A stretch of DNA of 64,000 nt, from positions 1,466,151 through 1,530,150 of the forward strand of contig CBDCPC010000002.1 of NCBI GenBank assembly GCA_965220035.1, in the 5' to 3' direction. Shown one piece after another: positions 37,745-47,205 of the stretch (position 1 is its first letter; the number at the start of each line of letters is the position of its first letter). This stretch comes from Acidimicrobiales bacterium (GTDB lineage: Bacteria > Actinomycetota > Acidimicrobiia > Acidimicrobiales > CATQHL01). Under the pieces are notes generated by a model that had not been told where the DNA came from, made no database searches, and saw nothing but the letters and a program-made list of their open reading frames with translations. A program made the position numbers and the translations under genes.

Positions 37745-38674
37745 CTACCGCGCCGTCGGCGGGTGTTGGCGGCGCCGGTGGGTGTCGCCGCGGAGATCGC
37801 CGGGGACGCTGGTGGCGGTGAGCGCCTCGAGGTCCAAGACGGCGGCGCTGCCGGGCCAGCCGTCGTGGTCGAGGCCGATCACGTCGGCGCCGGTGCCGGC
37901 GAGGTGATCGCGGTTCGGGTGGTGCCAGTGGCCGTGGAACACGAGGCGCGGCCCGGTCCGGTCGACGACGTCGCGCAGCAGCCGCCGCACGTCGTCGGCC
38001 GCCGCTTCGATCTCCACCGGTGGCCGGTAGTCGAGGCCGCTGCGCAGGCCGCGGACCCCAGCGGGAGCGTCGTGGCAGAACAGCACGTCGAGGCCGCCGG
38101 CGGCGTTGCTGCAGAGCCGATCGGCGTCGCCGCGGCTGGGGGCCTCGGCGTCGGGCCAGCGCCACGGCGCGACGTCGGCCATCCAGCGGTCCGGGGAGAC
38201 AGCGCCGCCGAGGGCACCACAACGTGCGCCCGACCAGGTCCAGGTGCTGCCGCGGTCGGCCCACCACAGGGAGCCCCCGAGGTGCAGCGGCCGCCCCGCG
38301 GCGCGGGCCGACTGCACGTCCGCTCGGGATGTGTAGGCGGTGAGGCTGGGCCACACCTCGTGGTTGCCGTCTAAGGCGACGACGGGGATCGGCGCCGCCA
38401 TGGCGCGGCGCACCACCTTGGCGTCCCGACCCCGGTAGCGGGGCCAGGTGGCGTCCTGGAGCCAGAAGTCGCCGACCTGCACCACGGCGCCGGCGCCGGT
38501 CGCTTCGGCGAGGGCCAGAGCCTCGAGCAGCGGCGGCGTGCGGCCGTGGATGTCGCCGAGCACCACGACCCGGGCGACCGCGCCGTCGGCGAGGCGCGCA
38601 TCGTCGTCCCAGGTCCGCTCAGGCCGGAACACGAACCTGGCGGGGCCCGCGTCGCGGTTGCCACTCGACGCCAT
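37745..38674 (-). CDS. calcineurin-like metallophosphoesterase
   Basis: VVLGDIHG, VGDFW, LDGNHE, FCHDAP, FHGHWH. Confidence 0.8.
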   Translation of the reverse strand: MASSGNRDAGPARFVFRPERTWDDDARLADGAVARVVVLGDIHGRTPPLLEALALAEATGAGAVVQVGDFWLQDATWPRYRGRDAKVVRRAMAAPIPVVALDGNHEVWPSLTAYTSRADVQSARAAGRPLHLGGSLWWADRGSTWTWSGARCGALGGAVSPDRWMADVAPWRWPDAEAPSRGDADRLCSNAAGGLDVLFCHDAPAGVRGLRSGLDYRPPVEIEAAADDVRRLLRDVVDRTGPRLVFHGHWHHPNRDHLAGTGADVIGLDHDGWPGSAAVLDLEALTATSVPGDLRGDTHRRRQHPPTAR

Positions 38675-39022
38675 CGCGTCAGTCTGGCCGCGAGGTGTGA
38701 CGCCGACACCGTCCCCCGCGCACCAGACCGCCGCCGGGGCCTATTGGCGGCCGACGCGCTGCTCGATCCAGACGACGTCGGTGCGGGTCTCTTCGGGGGG
38801 TTGGAGGGGCGGCAGTGGCGGGGTCTGGGGCCCCGGCGGCGACCATAACGTCGCGGTGACGCGGTGTGCGCCTCGGGCCTCGGCCCGCCAGTTGGCGGGG
38901 TCGTAGTCCTCGAGGACTGAATCGCACTGGGTTTGGTGGAGGCCGAGGTCTGCCCCGGGTAGGTTCAGAGCGGGTGCTGGACCGGATGTCGGTGCTGGGT
39001 CTGAGCTGAGAGGGGGAGTTCG

Positions 39023-40156
39023 ATGCGCAGGGCGCTCGCGGTTGGGGTCGGGCTCGCGCTGTGGTGCGCTGCCTGTGCGGGCGCGAGCACTGTGACCGAG
39101 GCCGAGCCGGATGCTCAGACACCCAGCGGGCCGGATGCTGAGCCGCTGAGCGGGCCGCAGATGCGCAGGCTCCTGGCGGAGTTCGTGGACGAGGACCGGC
39201 AGAGCGTCGGCGTCGTGGCCGGCGTGACCAGTGCCGAGGGGCGCGTTGTCGTCGGATACGGACGCCTCAGCGAAGACGACCCGACCCGGCCCGATGGGGA
39301 CACTGTTTTTGAGATCGGCTCGATCACGAAGGTGTTCACGTCCACGCTGCTGGCCGACCTGGTGTCGCGAGAGGAGTTGGGGCTCGACACGCCGGTGCAG
39401 AGCCTGCTCGGCGATGAGGTGCAGATGCCCGCTCGCAACGGTGCCGAGATCACGCTGGGCCACTTGGCCACCCACAGCTCCGGGCTGCCCCGCCTGCCCG
39501 ACAACTTCGACCCGGAGGATCCGGCCAACCCTTACGCCGACTACACCGTCGAAGATCTCTACGCCTTCCTGTCTTCTCACGAGCTGGACCGCGACATCGG
39601 GGACACAGTCGAATACTCGAATGTTGGCTACGGCCTGCTGGGCCACGCTCTCGCCCTGCGAGAGGGCACCGACTTCGAGACGCTCATCGTCGAGCGGATC
39701 CTCGAACCGCTGCAGATGCCCGACACGGCGGTCGAGCTGACGCCGGCTCTCCGCGAGCGCCTGGCCACCGGTCACGACGGGCGGCTCCAGCCAGCCGCCA
39801 ATTGGGACCTGCCGGTCCTCGCCGGCGCAGGAGCGCTTCGCTCCACCGTCAACGACCTTCTGACATTCCTCGAAGCGAATCTCCGCCTGCGCGAGTCGCC
39901 TCTACACCAGGCAATGGAACTCGCTCGCATGCCCCAACGGAGCGACCCAGTGCTGGGCATGGACATCGGGCTGGGATGGATAATCGCGAGGGAGGGAGAC
40001 CGCGAGTTCGTGTGGCACAACGGCGCAACCGGCGGCTATGCCTCGTTCATCGGCTTCGATGCCGAGGCGGGTGAAGGGATCGTCATCCTGTCGAACTCAC
40101 AGCTGAGCGTGGACAATCTGGCCTATCGCCTGTTCACTCGCGACTTCGACGGGTAA
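39023..40156 (+). CDS. secreted serine hydrolase, beta-lactamase (class C-like) family
   Basis: Signal/lipobox LALWCAACAG. S-x-x-K GSITKVF. Y-x-N YSNVGYGLLG. Confidence 0.85.
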   Translation: MRRALAVGVGLALWCAACAGASTVTEAEPDAQTPSGPDAEPLSGPQMRRLLAEFVDEDRQSVGVVAGVTSAEGRVVVGYGRLSEDDPTRPDGDTVFEIGSITKVFTSTLLADLVSREELGLDTPVQSLLGDEVQMPARNGAEITLGHLATHSSGLPRLPDNFDPEDPANPYADYTVEDLYAFLSSHELDRDIGDTVEYSNVGYGLLGHALALREGTDFETLIVERILEPLQMPDTAVELTPALRERLATGHDGRLQPAANWDLPVLAGAGALRSTVNDLLTFLEANLRLRESPLHQAMELARMPQRSDPVLGMDIGLGWIIAREGDREFVWHNGATGGYASFIGFDAEAGEGIVILSNSQLSVDNLAYRLFTRDFDG

Positions 40157-40582
40157 GTCGGCTGACACAAGGAGCGACGGTGGGCCGCGATCTCAGCTCG
40201 GTGATGGAACAGCTCGAGGCCGCGGAGGCGGCCCGGCGAATGGGAGGCGTCCACCGGATGGTTCGTGGTCACCTGCACCGCCGAGGATCCCGACGTCTGG
40301 TCGATCGCTGAGTTGCGCGGCCTGCTGGAGCAGATCGAGGCCGAGATCAAGCAAGCTGGCCGCGCGAAACACAGGGCACACCAACCGTGGGGATGCGGTG
40401 TTGGCGGCGTGCGCGCAACTCGCGCTGGGGCCTCGCCGACTGCACCGACCGCACCGGCGCCCCCGCCAAACTCGCCGTCATCACCGCCACCGGCTACTCC
40501 TACGACCGCCCCGACGGCATAGCCGTCCTACCCATCACCAGCCTCGGGCCCTAGCAACGAACGCGGCATGCTTCGGGCCGGA

Positions 40583-41590
40583 TCAGCGGGATTCCCGAGA
40601 TTTCGCCACCAGGGCCTCGCTGGCTTTCCACAACCTGGCCCCGTTGTCCGGATCCGATGCATCTGGCGAAACCCGCTTCCGATGCATCATGTGCAAGTAC
40701 ATCCCGGTGGAGCTCCCCGCTTCCTGCGCACAGCAGAGGTAGACGACCGGTCCGATCGCTTCCTCCGGTGACTGGAAGAATCGCCGTAACCACGCGTTGA
40801 CGATCGGTTTCAGCAGTGCCGGCGCGTCCTTGACAATGTTCGTGGCGACCCCTCCCGGGCACAGCGCGTGCACCGCGACATCGACCCTGTCGCTGGGGTT
40901 CAGGCGGCGGGAAAGCTCGGTCGCGAACGTGCACAGGGCCAGCTTGCTCCCGGCGTACTGCCGCATGCTCCCGGTCATCCCGTGCTCCGTGTACGCACCG
41001 AAGCGATCGAAATCGATGGCCGGAGCGGAGCGGTGCGAATCCGATGCGACGAACACGATCCGCGGGGCCTCGTCGGCCCGCCTCGACGGACGGATGACAC
41101 CATCGGCCAGCCATCGGTCGATCATCACCCGCTGTGCCAGGAAGTTGACCGCGAACATGACCTCGTACCCCTGCGGGGTCCTCCTCGACCGGCGCGACAT
41201 GGCGCCGGCGTTCATGAGCGCGATGTCGATGCGGATGCCGCGCCGGTGCAGGTCGTCGCAGCAGCGATGCACGGAGCGAAGATCCGAGAGGTCCACCTCG
41301 ACCAGCTCCACGGCCCCGGACCCGGAAAGCCGCCTGATCTCGCCGCAGGTTTCGGCATGACCTGGCCGGCAGGCCAGGATCATATTCCCGCCGCGCCTTG
41401 CGAGTTCGATCGCAGCAGCTCTCCCCAATCCACTGTTGGCCCCGGTGACCAGGCAAGTCCTGCCGTCGATCCGCACGTCATCCGGGAGCGGGCTGACGGC
41501 GGGGATCTTGGGATTCCTGAGGTCGCGGAGCGCCGTGATCATGGCGTTGACCACGTTGCCGCCACCGATCCTCGGTGTTTCCGGTGTCAT
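40583..41590 (-). CDS. SDR-family oxidoreductase
   Basis: ATG 41590 inside ORF 40583..41665. TGANSGLGRAAA. Catalytic YAGSKLA. Confidence 0.85.
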   Translation of the reverse strand: MTPETPRIGGGNVVNAMITALRDLRNPKIPAVSPLPDDVRIDGRTCLVTGANSGLGRAAAIELARRGGNMILACRPGHAETCGEIRRLSGSGAVELVEVDLSDLRSVHRCCDDLHRRGIRIDIALMNAGAMSRRSRRTPQGYEVMFAVNFLAQRVMIDRWLADGVIRPSRRADEAPRIVFVASDSHRSAPAIDFDRFGAYTEHGMTGSMRQYAGSKLALCTFATELSRRLNPSDRVDVAVHALCPGGVATNIVKDAPALLKPIVNAWLRRFFQSPEEAIGPVVYLCCAQEAGSSTGMYLHMMHRKRVSPDASDPDNGARLWKASEALVAKSRESR

Positions 41591-41645
41591 GGCAATGGGT
41601 GCCTCCGGGACCGTCCGCCGGCTCTCGCTCAATCGCCGGCGGGGC

Positions 41646-42887
41646 CTATTCGAACGGGATCGCATGTTTCTCCCGGTAGGAGGAGAAGGCCTCGTCCACG
41701 ATTTGCTCGCTCAACCCGAAATCGCCCAGCCGGTAGGTGTGTCTTCCGAAACGGTTCTGCGGGTTCGCTTTCATGCATCGTGTGGCTTCGCGCTCGGCCT
41801 CGTCGTCGAAAGTAATCCCCGCCTGCTTGCAGATCCCCCGGAACTCGGCGATCGGATCTCTCGTCAGGTCGTAGTACGACACGTCGATGAATCGACCGGC
41901 TTCCGCATCCACCCGGGTCTGCATCGTCCGTTGAACCATCCTGCGGGTCTTCCTGCACCAGTGTTTCCCAATCTCGTCCGGATCGACGTCATCGCTGAGC
42001 ATGCCGCGGGCGTGGGCCACCATGCTGCAGAACGAGGCGAGCGCTACTCGCGGATCGCGGTGGGTCTGCACGATCGTGGCGTCGGGGAACACCATCCCGA
42101 ACGTGTCGAGGTGTTCCATGTGGTGCGGGGTCTTGAGCACCCAGGTACGGCCGGGGCGCTGCCAGCAGAGCACCTTCAGAACCCGGTGGAAGTATTCGTA
42201 GGTCCACGCATGATCCTGACCCTCCAGCCAGCGGGAATAGCCCGGCACGTGCATCATGGCCTCCGCCGACTGGGTCATGAACGTCAGATCCAGCAGCAGG
42301 ACGTCCTCTTCCGGCTCCCCGTGATCGATCGGATGGATCGCCATGAACTCGGGCGCCAGATAGGAAATGGCCCTCTTGGCAAGACCTGCACGCCGTTCGC
42401 GGGCTCTCTGCCCGCGTTCGGACGGATCGACAGGCGATACCGGGTTCAGCGCTTCCGCGCCGGAGATGCCCCGAATCTCCGGATGGGAATGCAGCAGGCG
42501 CTGCAGCAGGGTGGTGCCGGTGCGCTGCAATCCGGTGATCAGAACGATGCTGCCGAGGTCGATGTCATGGATCTCGGGATGCCTTCTGAGCAGCTCCTGG
42601 ATCCGCAACCGGTTGACCAGCGCACCGCCGAGCCGCGACTTCTGTATCTGCTGGCCCATTGCGGTCAGTCGGGCTTCGTCATTGATCGACTCGACGAGCA
42701 CTTGCAGGGCACGGAGGTGTCCGTCCTCGCCGAAGTCCACCAGCCCGGTCTTCCGCTGGGCATAGCCGACGAGTGAATCGACTTCCAGGCGACCGGAAAG
42801 TCCGACACTCCGGCCCGCCCTCCCGATCCGGTTGAAGATCCTGATGGGGAGAGGGCGATACGGGTTCTCATAGTCCGTGGAAGTCAC
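41646..42887 (-). CDS. sulfotransferase (Sulfotransfer_3-like, PAPS-dependent)
   Basis: GTG 42887 overlaps the upstream stop (GTGA). 5'-PSB loop ITGLQRTGTTLLQRLL. VQTHRDPRVALASF. Confidence 0.8.
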   Translation of the reverse strand: MTSTDYENPYRPLPIRIFNRIGRAGRSVGLSGRLEVDSLVGYAQRKTGLVDFGEDGHLRALQVLVESINDEARLTAMGQQIQKSRLGGALVNRLRIQELLRRHPEIHDIDLGSIVLITGLQRTGTTLLQRLLHSHPEIRGISGAEALNPVSPVDPSERGQRARERRAGLAKRAISYLAPEFMAIHPIDHGEPEEDVLLLDLTFMTQSAEAMMHVPGYSRWLEGQDHAWTYEYFHRVLKVLCWQRPGRTWVLKTPHHMEHLDTFGMVFPDATIVQTHRDPRVALASFCSMVAHARGMLSDDVDPDEIGKHWCRKTRRMVQRTMQTRVDAEAGRFIDVSYYDLTRDPIAEFRGICKQAGITFDDEAEREATRCMKANPQNRFGRHTYRLGDFGLSEQIVDEAFSSYREKHAIPFE

Positions 42888-44110
42888 GAACCACTCCCAG
42901 CTGTGGGAGCGATCTTCCCCCCGGCCGGTTCCGGCAGGCCGGGTAACTTGATCAGTCGGGTCCGGGGTTGCGGGTGCTCCTTCGCCCGCACCCACCGGAA
43001 ACACATCGTGCCGGACGTGTGGCCTGCGGTCTCGATCCAGTTGGGAAGGCCGGGGTTCTCGTGCGCCACGATCAGACGCACAGAGCCGTCCTCGGAGTAG
43101 TGGGCAAGATGCTTGTTGGTGTGGATCCTGAAGTGCCGATAGTCCAGCGATTCCATCCAGTAGTTGTTCAACTGGAAGTTCCAGTGCTCGCATTCCGGAG
43201 GTACGACTTCGATCAGCAGGGCTTCGTCGGGGGCGATTGCCCAGTGGCTGTGGTAGTAGGTGATGTTCGGGTCCCCCCCGGCGGCCAGCGACACCTGCGG
43301 ATCGAACATCGGCAGTTCATTGCTGTGCTTCTTGAAGTCGCGTGCCCACTTGGCGAACAGCAGTGGCGCGCCGGCGACCAGCGCCCCCGCGTTCTGCAAC
43401 CCCTCGTCCAGCGCCCTTGCCGTCAGCTGAGAGGCGCGGCCCCCGTCACCGGCGCAGTCGATGCGCTCGATGGTCAGCTCCGCGGGGGATTCCGCGTTCC
43501 GGTCACCGAAGGTCTGGCGGACCACCAACGTCCCGGTCTCCGGCCTCATGGGGAGCCAGTTGCGGCCCTGGGGATTGCTGCTCGCCACGAGCTCGAAGCA
43601 ACCGTCCTCGTCCATTTCGATCTGATCGGATTCGATGTGCCCGGTGGGGGGAAGGCCGCCACCCTGACCGTAGTTGCCGGACTGGGTTCCGAAGCTCAAG
43701 TAGGCGACGGTGTTGCGCCGCCCGGTGATCCTGTAGTCGTAAGTCCCGTCCAAGGCGGCCGTCAGATAGAAATTGTCGGGATTGTCGGCGCCCAACTTGG
43801 TGGTCTCGTCGACAACGCGATGCAGCACGGGCGCCTTGGGGTCGGCGTGTTCGATGAACGCCATCAGGCCGGCACGGGCGAGACGGCTCAAATACCGGTA
43901 TCCCTCTGCCTGGTTGAACGGATCCCGCGGAGCCCCGGGGAAACTCAACGCAGCTCCTGCCGCTCTCAGAGAATCACAGAACTCGTTCCAGGACTCGCCG
44001 CTCACGACGCGCCGGACGGCCACATCGTCCGGCGTCTTGCCACGAAGCCTCCAGACAACAAGGGAGATCCTTCGAAACAGGACGAGGAGACCGAGTGCGA
44101 ACTTCAGCAT
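42884..44110 (-). CDS. membrane-anchored hypothetical protein, DUF1214-like (label from memory)
   Basis: 408 aa. N-terminal TM MLKFALGLLVLF. GADNPDNFYL, NWLPM, FQLNNYWMESLDY. Translationally coupled to the sulfotransferase. Confidence 0.7.
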   Translation of the reverse strand: MLKFALGLLVLFRRISLVVWRLRGKTPDDVAVRRVVSGESWNEFCDSLRAAGAALSFPGAPRDPFNQAEGYRYLSRLARAGLMAFIEHADPKAPVLHRVVDETTKLGADNPDNFYLTAALDGTYDYRITGRRNTVAYLSFGTQSGNYGQGGGLPPTGHIESDQIEMDEDGCFELVASSNPQGRNWLPMRPETGTLVVRQTFGDRNAESPAELTIERIDCAGDGGRASQLTARALDEGLQNAGALVAGAPLLFAKWARDFKKHSNELPMFDPQVSLAAGGDPNITYYHSHWAIAPDEALLIEVVPPECEHWNFQLNNYWMESLDYRHFRIHTNKHLAHYSEDGSVRLIVAHENPGLPNWIETAGHTSGTMCFRWVRAKEHPQPRTRLIKLPGLPEPAGGKIAPTAGSGS

Positions 44111-44142
44111 GGCGTACCTCTTCGGTCGATCTGCTCAACAAT

Positions 44143-44262
44143 CTAGTGTCCTGAGCGATTAGTTCGTTTGGTATTCGGAGGATTGCTGCAGCGAGCTGGC
44201 CTGCGCAAATGCGAATAGCGGGGCCATCGAAACGCCAGCGAACTTCCGACTCGGGGCACTAG
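44143..44262 (-). mobile_element. 120-bp MITE-like element, copy B (inverted relative to copy A)
   Basis: Reverse complement equals 14091..14210 except one position in the TIR (CTAGTGCCCCGAG vs CTAGTGTCCCGAG). Lies between the DUF1214-like start and the sat/cysC stop. Confidence 0.8.
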
Positions 44263-44300
44263 GAGTGTGCTGAGCAATCCATCCGCAGCGCCGGTCCAGC

Positions 44301-44335
44301 CGCTGGACAATGGATTCCGGCCTCCGCCGGAATGA
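44301..44335 (+). repeat. 35-bp hairpin repeat (REP-like), copy 1
   Basis: GCTGGACAATGGATTCCGGCCTCCGCCGGAATGAC. 8-bp stem ATTCCGGC/GCCGGAAT with loop CTCC. 34/35 identical to 59394..59428. Confidence 0.7.
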
Positions 44336-44414
44336 CGCTGAAGGTCAGCCGCAGCAATACTCAGCGGTCTCCCAGGTGGACCCCACGAGTGGGTGAGCGG
44401 GGTTGTGGGGCCGC

Positions 44415-46172
44415 TCACGCGCCGTTGGACGGGGCGAGCTCGCCTGCCGGGGATCGTACGAACCGCTCCTCGGTGAGGTGGTTCAGGATCAGGCGGGCGT
44501 TGTCCCGCGCAGAGTTTCCGACGGTATCCAGCGTGATCTCCGGGTTCTCCGGGGCTTCGTACGGATCGTCGATGCCCGTGAAGCCGGTGATCTCACCGCG
44601 GCGCGCCTTGGCGTACATGCCTTTGGAGTCGCGCTGTTCGCAGACGTCGAGAGGCGTGTCCACGAACACCTCGATGAAGCGCTCGGAGCCGACCATGGCG
44701 CGCACCTCGTTCCGCGTGGCGCTGTATGGGCTCACGGCCGCGCAGATCGCCAATCCGCCGTGGCGAACTATCTCGGAGGCAACGAATCCGATCCTGGCGA
44801 TGTTGGTGTCCCTGTCCTCCTTGGAGAAGCCGAGCCCCTTGGACAGGTGCGTTCGCACAACGTCCCCGTCCAGCACGGTCACCTGCCGTCCATGCTCCAT
44901 GAGCAGGTCGGTGAGCGCCTCGGCCGTCGTGGACTTTCCCGAACCACTGAGGCCGGTGAACCAGACGCACACGCCCTGCCGATGCTTCGGCGGATAGCTC
45001 TCGGCCAAAATGTCGGCGACCTCCGGCCTGGTGAACCAAGTGGGCAGAGTTCGCCCCTGGCCCAGGTACTCCTCGCGTACCTGCGTCCCGGAGATCGAGG
45101 CCGTCCTTGCGCCTTCGGGAAGTGCCGTGGCCTCTTCGTATCTGTCGTCGTCGGGGACGTACACCATCTCGTGGAAGGTGACGGCCTTGACTCCGGTCTC
45201 ATCGCTGAACCGGTCGACGACCTCCTGGGCGTCGTACGGGCCGTAGAACGGGTTGCCTGCCGAGTCGACCCCGGGGCTGGCGTGGTCACGGCCGACGATC
45301 AAGTGGTTGGCGCCGTAGTTGCGTCGGATGATGGCGTGCCAGAGCGCCTCCCTGGGTCCGGCAAGCCTCATCGCCAGCGGCAACAGCGACAGGAGCACCC
45401 TGTCGGGCTCGTAGTAGTGCCGGGTCAGCGCCTCATAGGTGCGGACGCGGGTGTAGTGGTCGACGTCCCCGGGCTTGGTGAGCCCCACCACCGGGTGAAG
45501 CAGGAGGACGCCGTCCACGCTCCCGGCGGCCCTCTTGGTGAGTTCCTCGTGGGCCCTGTGCAGGGGGTTCCGGGTCTGGAAGGCCACGACGTTCGGGTGG
45601 CCGTAGCCGGCCAGGCTGGCGCGCGTCCCGGTTGGGGTCTTCCTCAAGGCGGTGAAGTCGTGGTGCGGCGGAACCCGCAGCACCCGCAGCGGCCCGGATA
45701 TGTTGACCCTTCCCCAGCGGTGCATCTCCGACACGAGGGGGTGCCGCACGTCGCGGGTGCCGAAGACACGGTCAGCGGTCTCCTGCAGGTCCCACTCGTA
45801 CGCCTCCTGCACTGTCATGACAGCCAGCAGCTCGTTGCGAGAATCGCGTAGCGCTACGTCACCGTCGAGCTGGATGGACGACGGATCGTCCACCGGCAAT
45901 GTCACCGGTATGGGGAAGAGCGTGCCGTCGCCGAGCCGCATCTCGCCGACCGTTCCCCGGTGGTCGTGCTCCCCCATGAACCGGTCGAGGGGCGAGAACG
46001 CTCCCGTGGCGAGGAGCTCGAGGTCGCAGGTCGCGCGGTCGGACAGCTGGATGCTGGGAAGGCCGCCGGCGCGCGCCTTCAGATCGGCGGCCTGGTCCTG
46101 CGGGACGATCAGGTCGACCAACTCTCCACCGTATGGCGAAATGAGTGTGGACTTCTCGCTCAGGGTTGCCAT
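44415..46172 (-). CDS. bifunctional sulfate adenylyltransferase (Sat-type) / adenylylsulfate kinase (PAPS synthase)
   Basis: 585 aa; QTRNPLHRAHEEL, LIVGRDHASPG, APS-kinase P-loop WFTGLSGSGKST, LDGDVVR. Confidence 0.9.
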   Translation of the reverse strand: MATLSEKSTLISPYGGELVDLIVPQDQAADLKARAGGLPSIQLSDRATCDLELLATGAFSPLDRFMGEHDHRGTVGEMRLGDGTLFPIPVTLPVDDPSSIQLDGDVALRDSRNELLAVMTVQEAYEWDLQETADRVFGTRDVRHPLVSEMHRWGRVNISGPLRVLRVPPHHDFTALRKTPTGTRASLAGYGHPNVVAFQTRNPLHRAHEELTKRAAGSVDGVLLLHPVVGLTKPGDVDHYTRVRTYEALTRHYYEPDRVLLSLLPLAMRLAGPREALWHAIIRRNYGANHLIVGRDHASPGVDSAGNPFYGPYDAQEVVDRFSDETGVKAVTFHEMVYVPDDDRYEEATALPEGARTASISGTQVREEYLGQGRTLPTWFTRPEVADILAESYPPKHRQGVCVWFTGLSGSGKSTTAEALTDLLMEHGRQVTVLDGDVVRTHLSKGLGFSKEDRDTNIARIGFVASEIVRHGGLAICAAVSPYSATRNEVRAMVGSERFIEVFVDTPLDVCEQRDSKGMYAKARRGEITGFTGIDDPYEAPENPEITLDTVGNSARDNARLILNHLTEERFVRSPAGELAPSNGA

Positions 46173-46253
46173 TCTTGCGTCCTCCTGTCCCGAGCCACGA
46201 ATTCTCGCTCAGATCTAGGTTGGGTCCGATGCAAGGAGATGCTGATGTCCTAG

Positions 46254-46340
46254 CCGGCCAAGCGAAGTCCTGAGCGGAAGCTGGAGGTGGTGGTGTCGGT
46301 GCTGCGCGGGGAGGTGTCGGCCCCGGAGGCGGCATCTGCG
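46254..46340 (+). pseudogene. remnant of an IS3-type OrfA N-terminus
   Basis: PAKRSPERKLEVVVSVLRGEVSAPEAA resembles the HTH start of IS3/IS481-type OrfA proteins. It decays immediately afterwards. Confidence 0.3.
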
Positions 46341-46422
46341 GGGCGACAGCATCGATGTGTGGGGCGCTGCACCACCCCAGCGGACCTATCGCTGCTCAGA
46401 GACATCGCAGTAATGTGGAGCT

Positions 46423-47037
46423 GTGGGGGCGTCGTCGCTGGCGATCGCGCTAGCACTCGTGCACGGGCTGCTGGCCGTCTTCGTCATAGTCGGCGCTCCA
46501 CTGGCCGCACGCAGGCCCCGGCTGATGACGTGGTACCTGAGCGTGCTGGTTCCGATCGCTGTGGTGAACCTCCGCGGGCTGCCGTGCCCGCTGACGGTTT
46601 GGGAGAAGCACTTCTGGCGCCTGGCGGGTGAGACACCGTACCGAGGAGGCTTCATCTCCCAGTATTTCGTGGAGCCGTTCTACGCTCCCGGTCTTCGCCC
46701 CGGCGACGAGACCGCTCTGCTGGTCGTCGTGGTGGTCTGGTGCCTTTTGTGGCTGCTGTACGCGGCCGTCTCGCGCCTGCGGCTGCGGAGCGGGTCAATC
46801 CCACAGTCGCACGCTCGCCCCACACTGGACACGAACTCAGAATCACTACAGGCCCACTGCCCGTCGGGGCACTTCGCCGCCAACGCCGCCTGGCTGACCT
46901 GCGCCACCGTGGCCCACAACCTCTACCGCTGGCTGCACGACCACACCAGCGGTCGCCGCTGTGACCCGAGCACGCCGCGCACCCAACAGCCTCTCCTGAC
47001 CCCCACCACCGGCCCACACCCACCAACCCGCCGGTGA
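46423..47037 (+). CDS. DUF2784 membrane protein; 3' third is read-through into an IS1380 remnant
   Basis: GTG start. GLPCPLTVWEKHFWRLAG signature. From about 46838 the ORF encodes PSGHFAANAAWLTCATVAHNLYRWL, which is IS1380 transposase sequence. Confidence 0.65.
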   Translation: MGASSLAIALALVHGLLAVFVIVGAPLAARRPRLMTWYLSVLVPIAVVNLRGLPCPLTVWEKHFWRLAGETPYRGGFISQYFVEPFYAPGLRPGDETALLVVVVVWCLLWLLYAAVSRLRLRSGSIPQSHARPTLDTNSESLQAHCPSGHFAANAAWLTCATVAHNLYRWLHDHTSGRRCDPSTPRTQQPLLTPTTGPHPPTRR

Positions 47038-47045
47038 ATCCAGGC
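46838..47045 (+). mobile_element. IS1380 remnant (internally deleted 3' end with terminal repeat)
   Basis: Transposase C-terminal motif plus terminal CGGTGAATCCAGGC at 47031..47045, matching the CGGTGGATTCAGGC ends of the full copies. Confidence 0.7.
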
Positions 47046-47205
47046 AAACTGACCACTAAGCTCAAGTTTCGTCTGGTTTCGCTTGCCAGGAGCGCCTGCT
47101 CCTGAGCGCCCGTGGGCAGGCTCGAAGGTCTCCCATTGCCCGCCGGCCAACGTCCGCACCCGCCATCCAGACCTTGCAGCAGCCCAAAGCGAGGTCAGCA
47201 CCACA

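Noticed and set aside
38741-39775. 344-aa minus-strand ORF
   Set aside because: It is antisense to the beta-lactamase-family gene 39023..40156, which has S-x-x-K and Y-x-N motifs.
40180-40554. Possible small gene(s) between the beta-lactamase-family gene and the SDR gene (e.g. C-terminus ...AKLAVITATGYSYDRPDGIAVLPITSLGP)
   Set aside because: Protein-like stretches are spread over three frames, each under 60-85 codons, with no recognisable family. It is probably a decayed gene, too uncertain to call.
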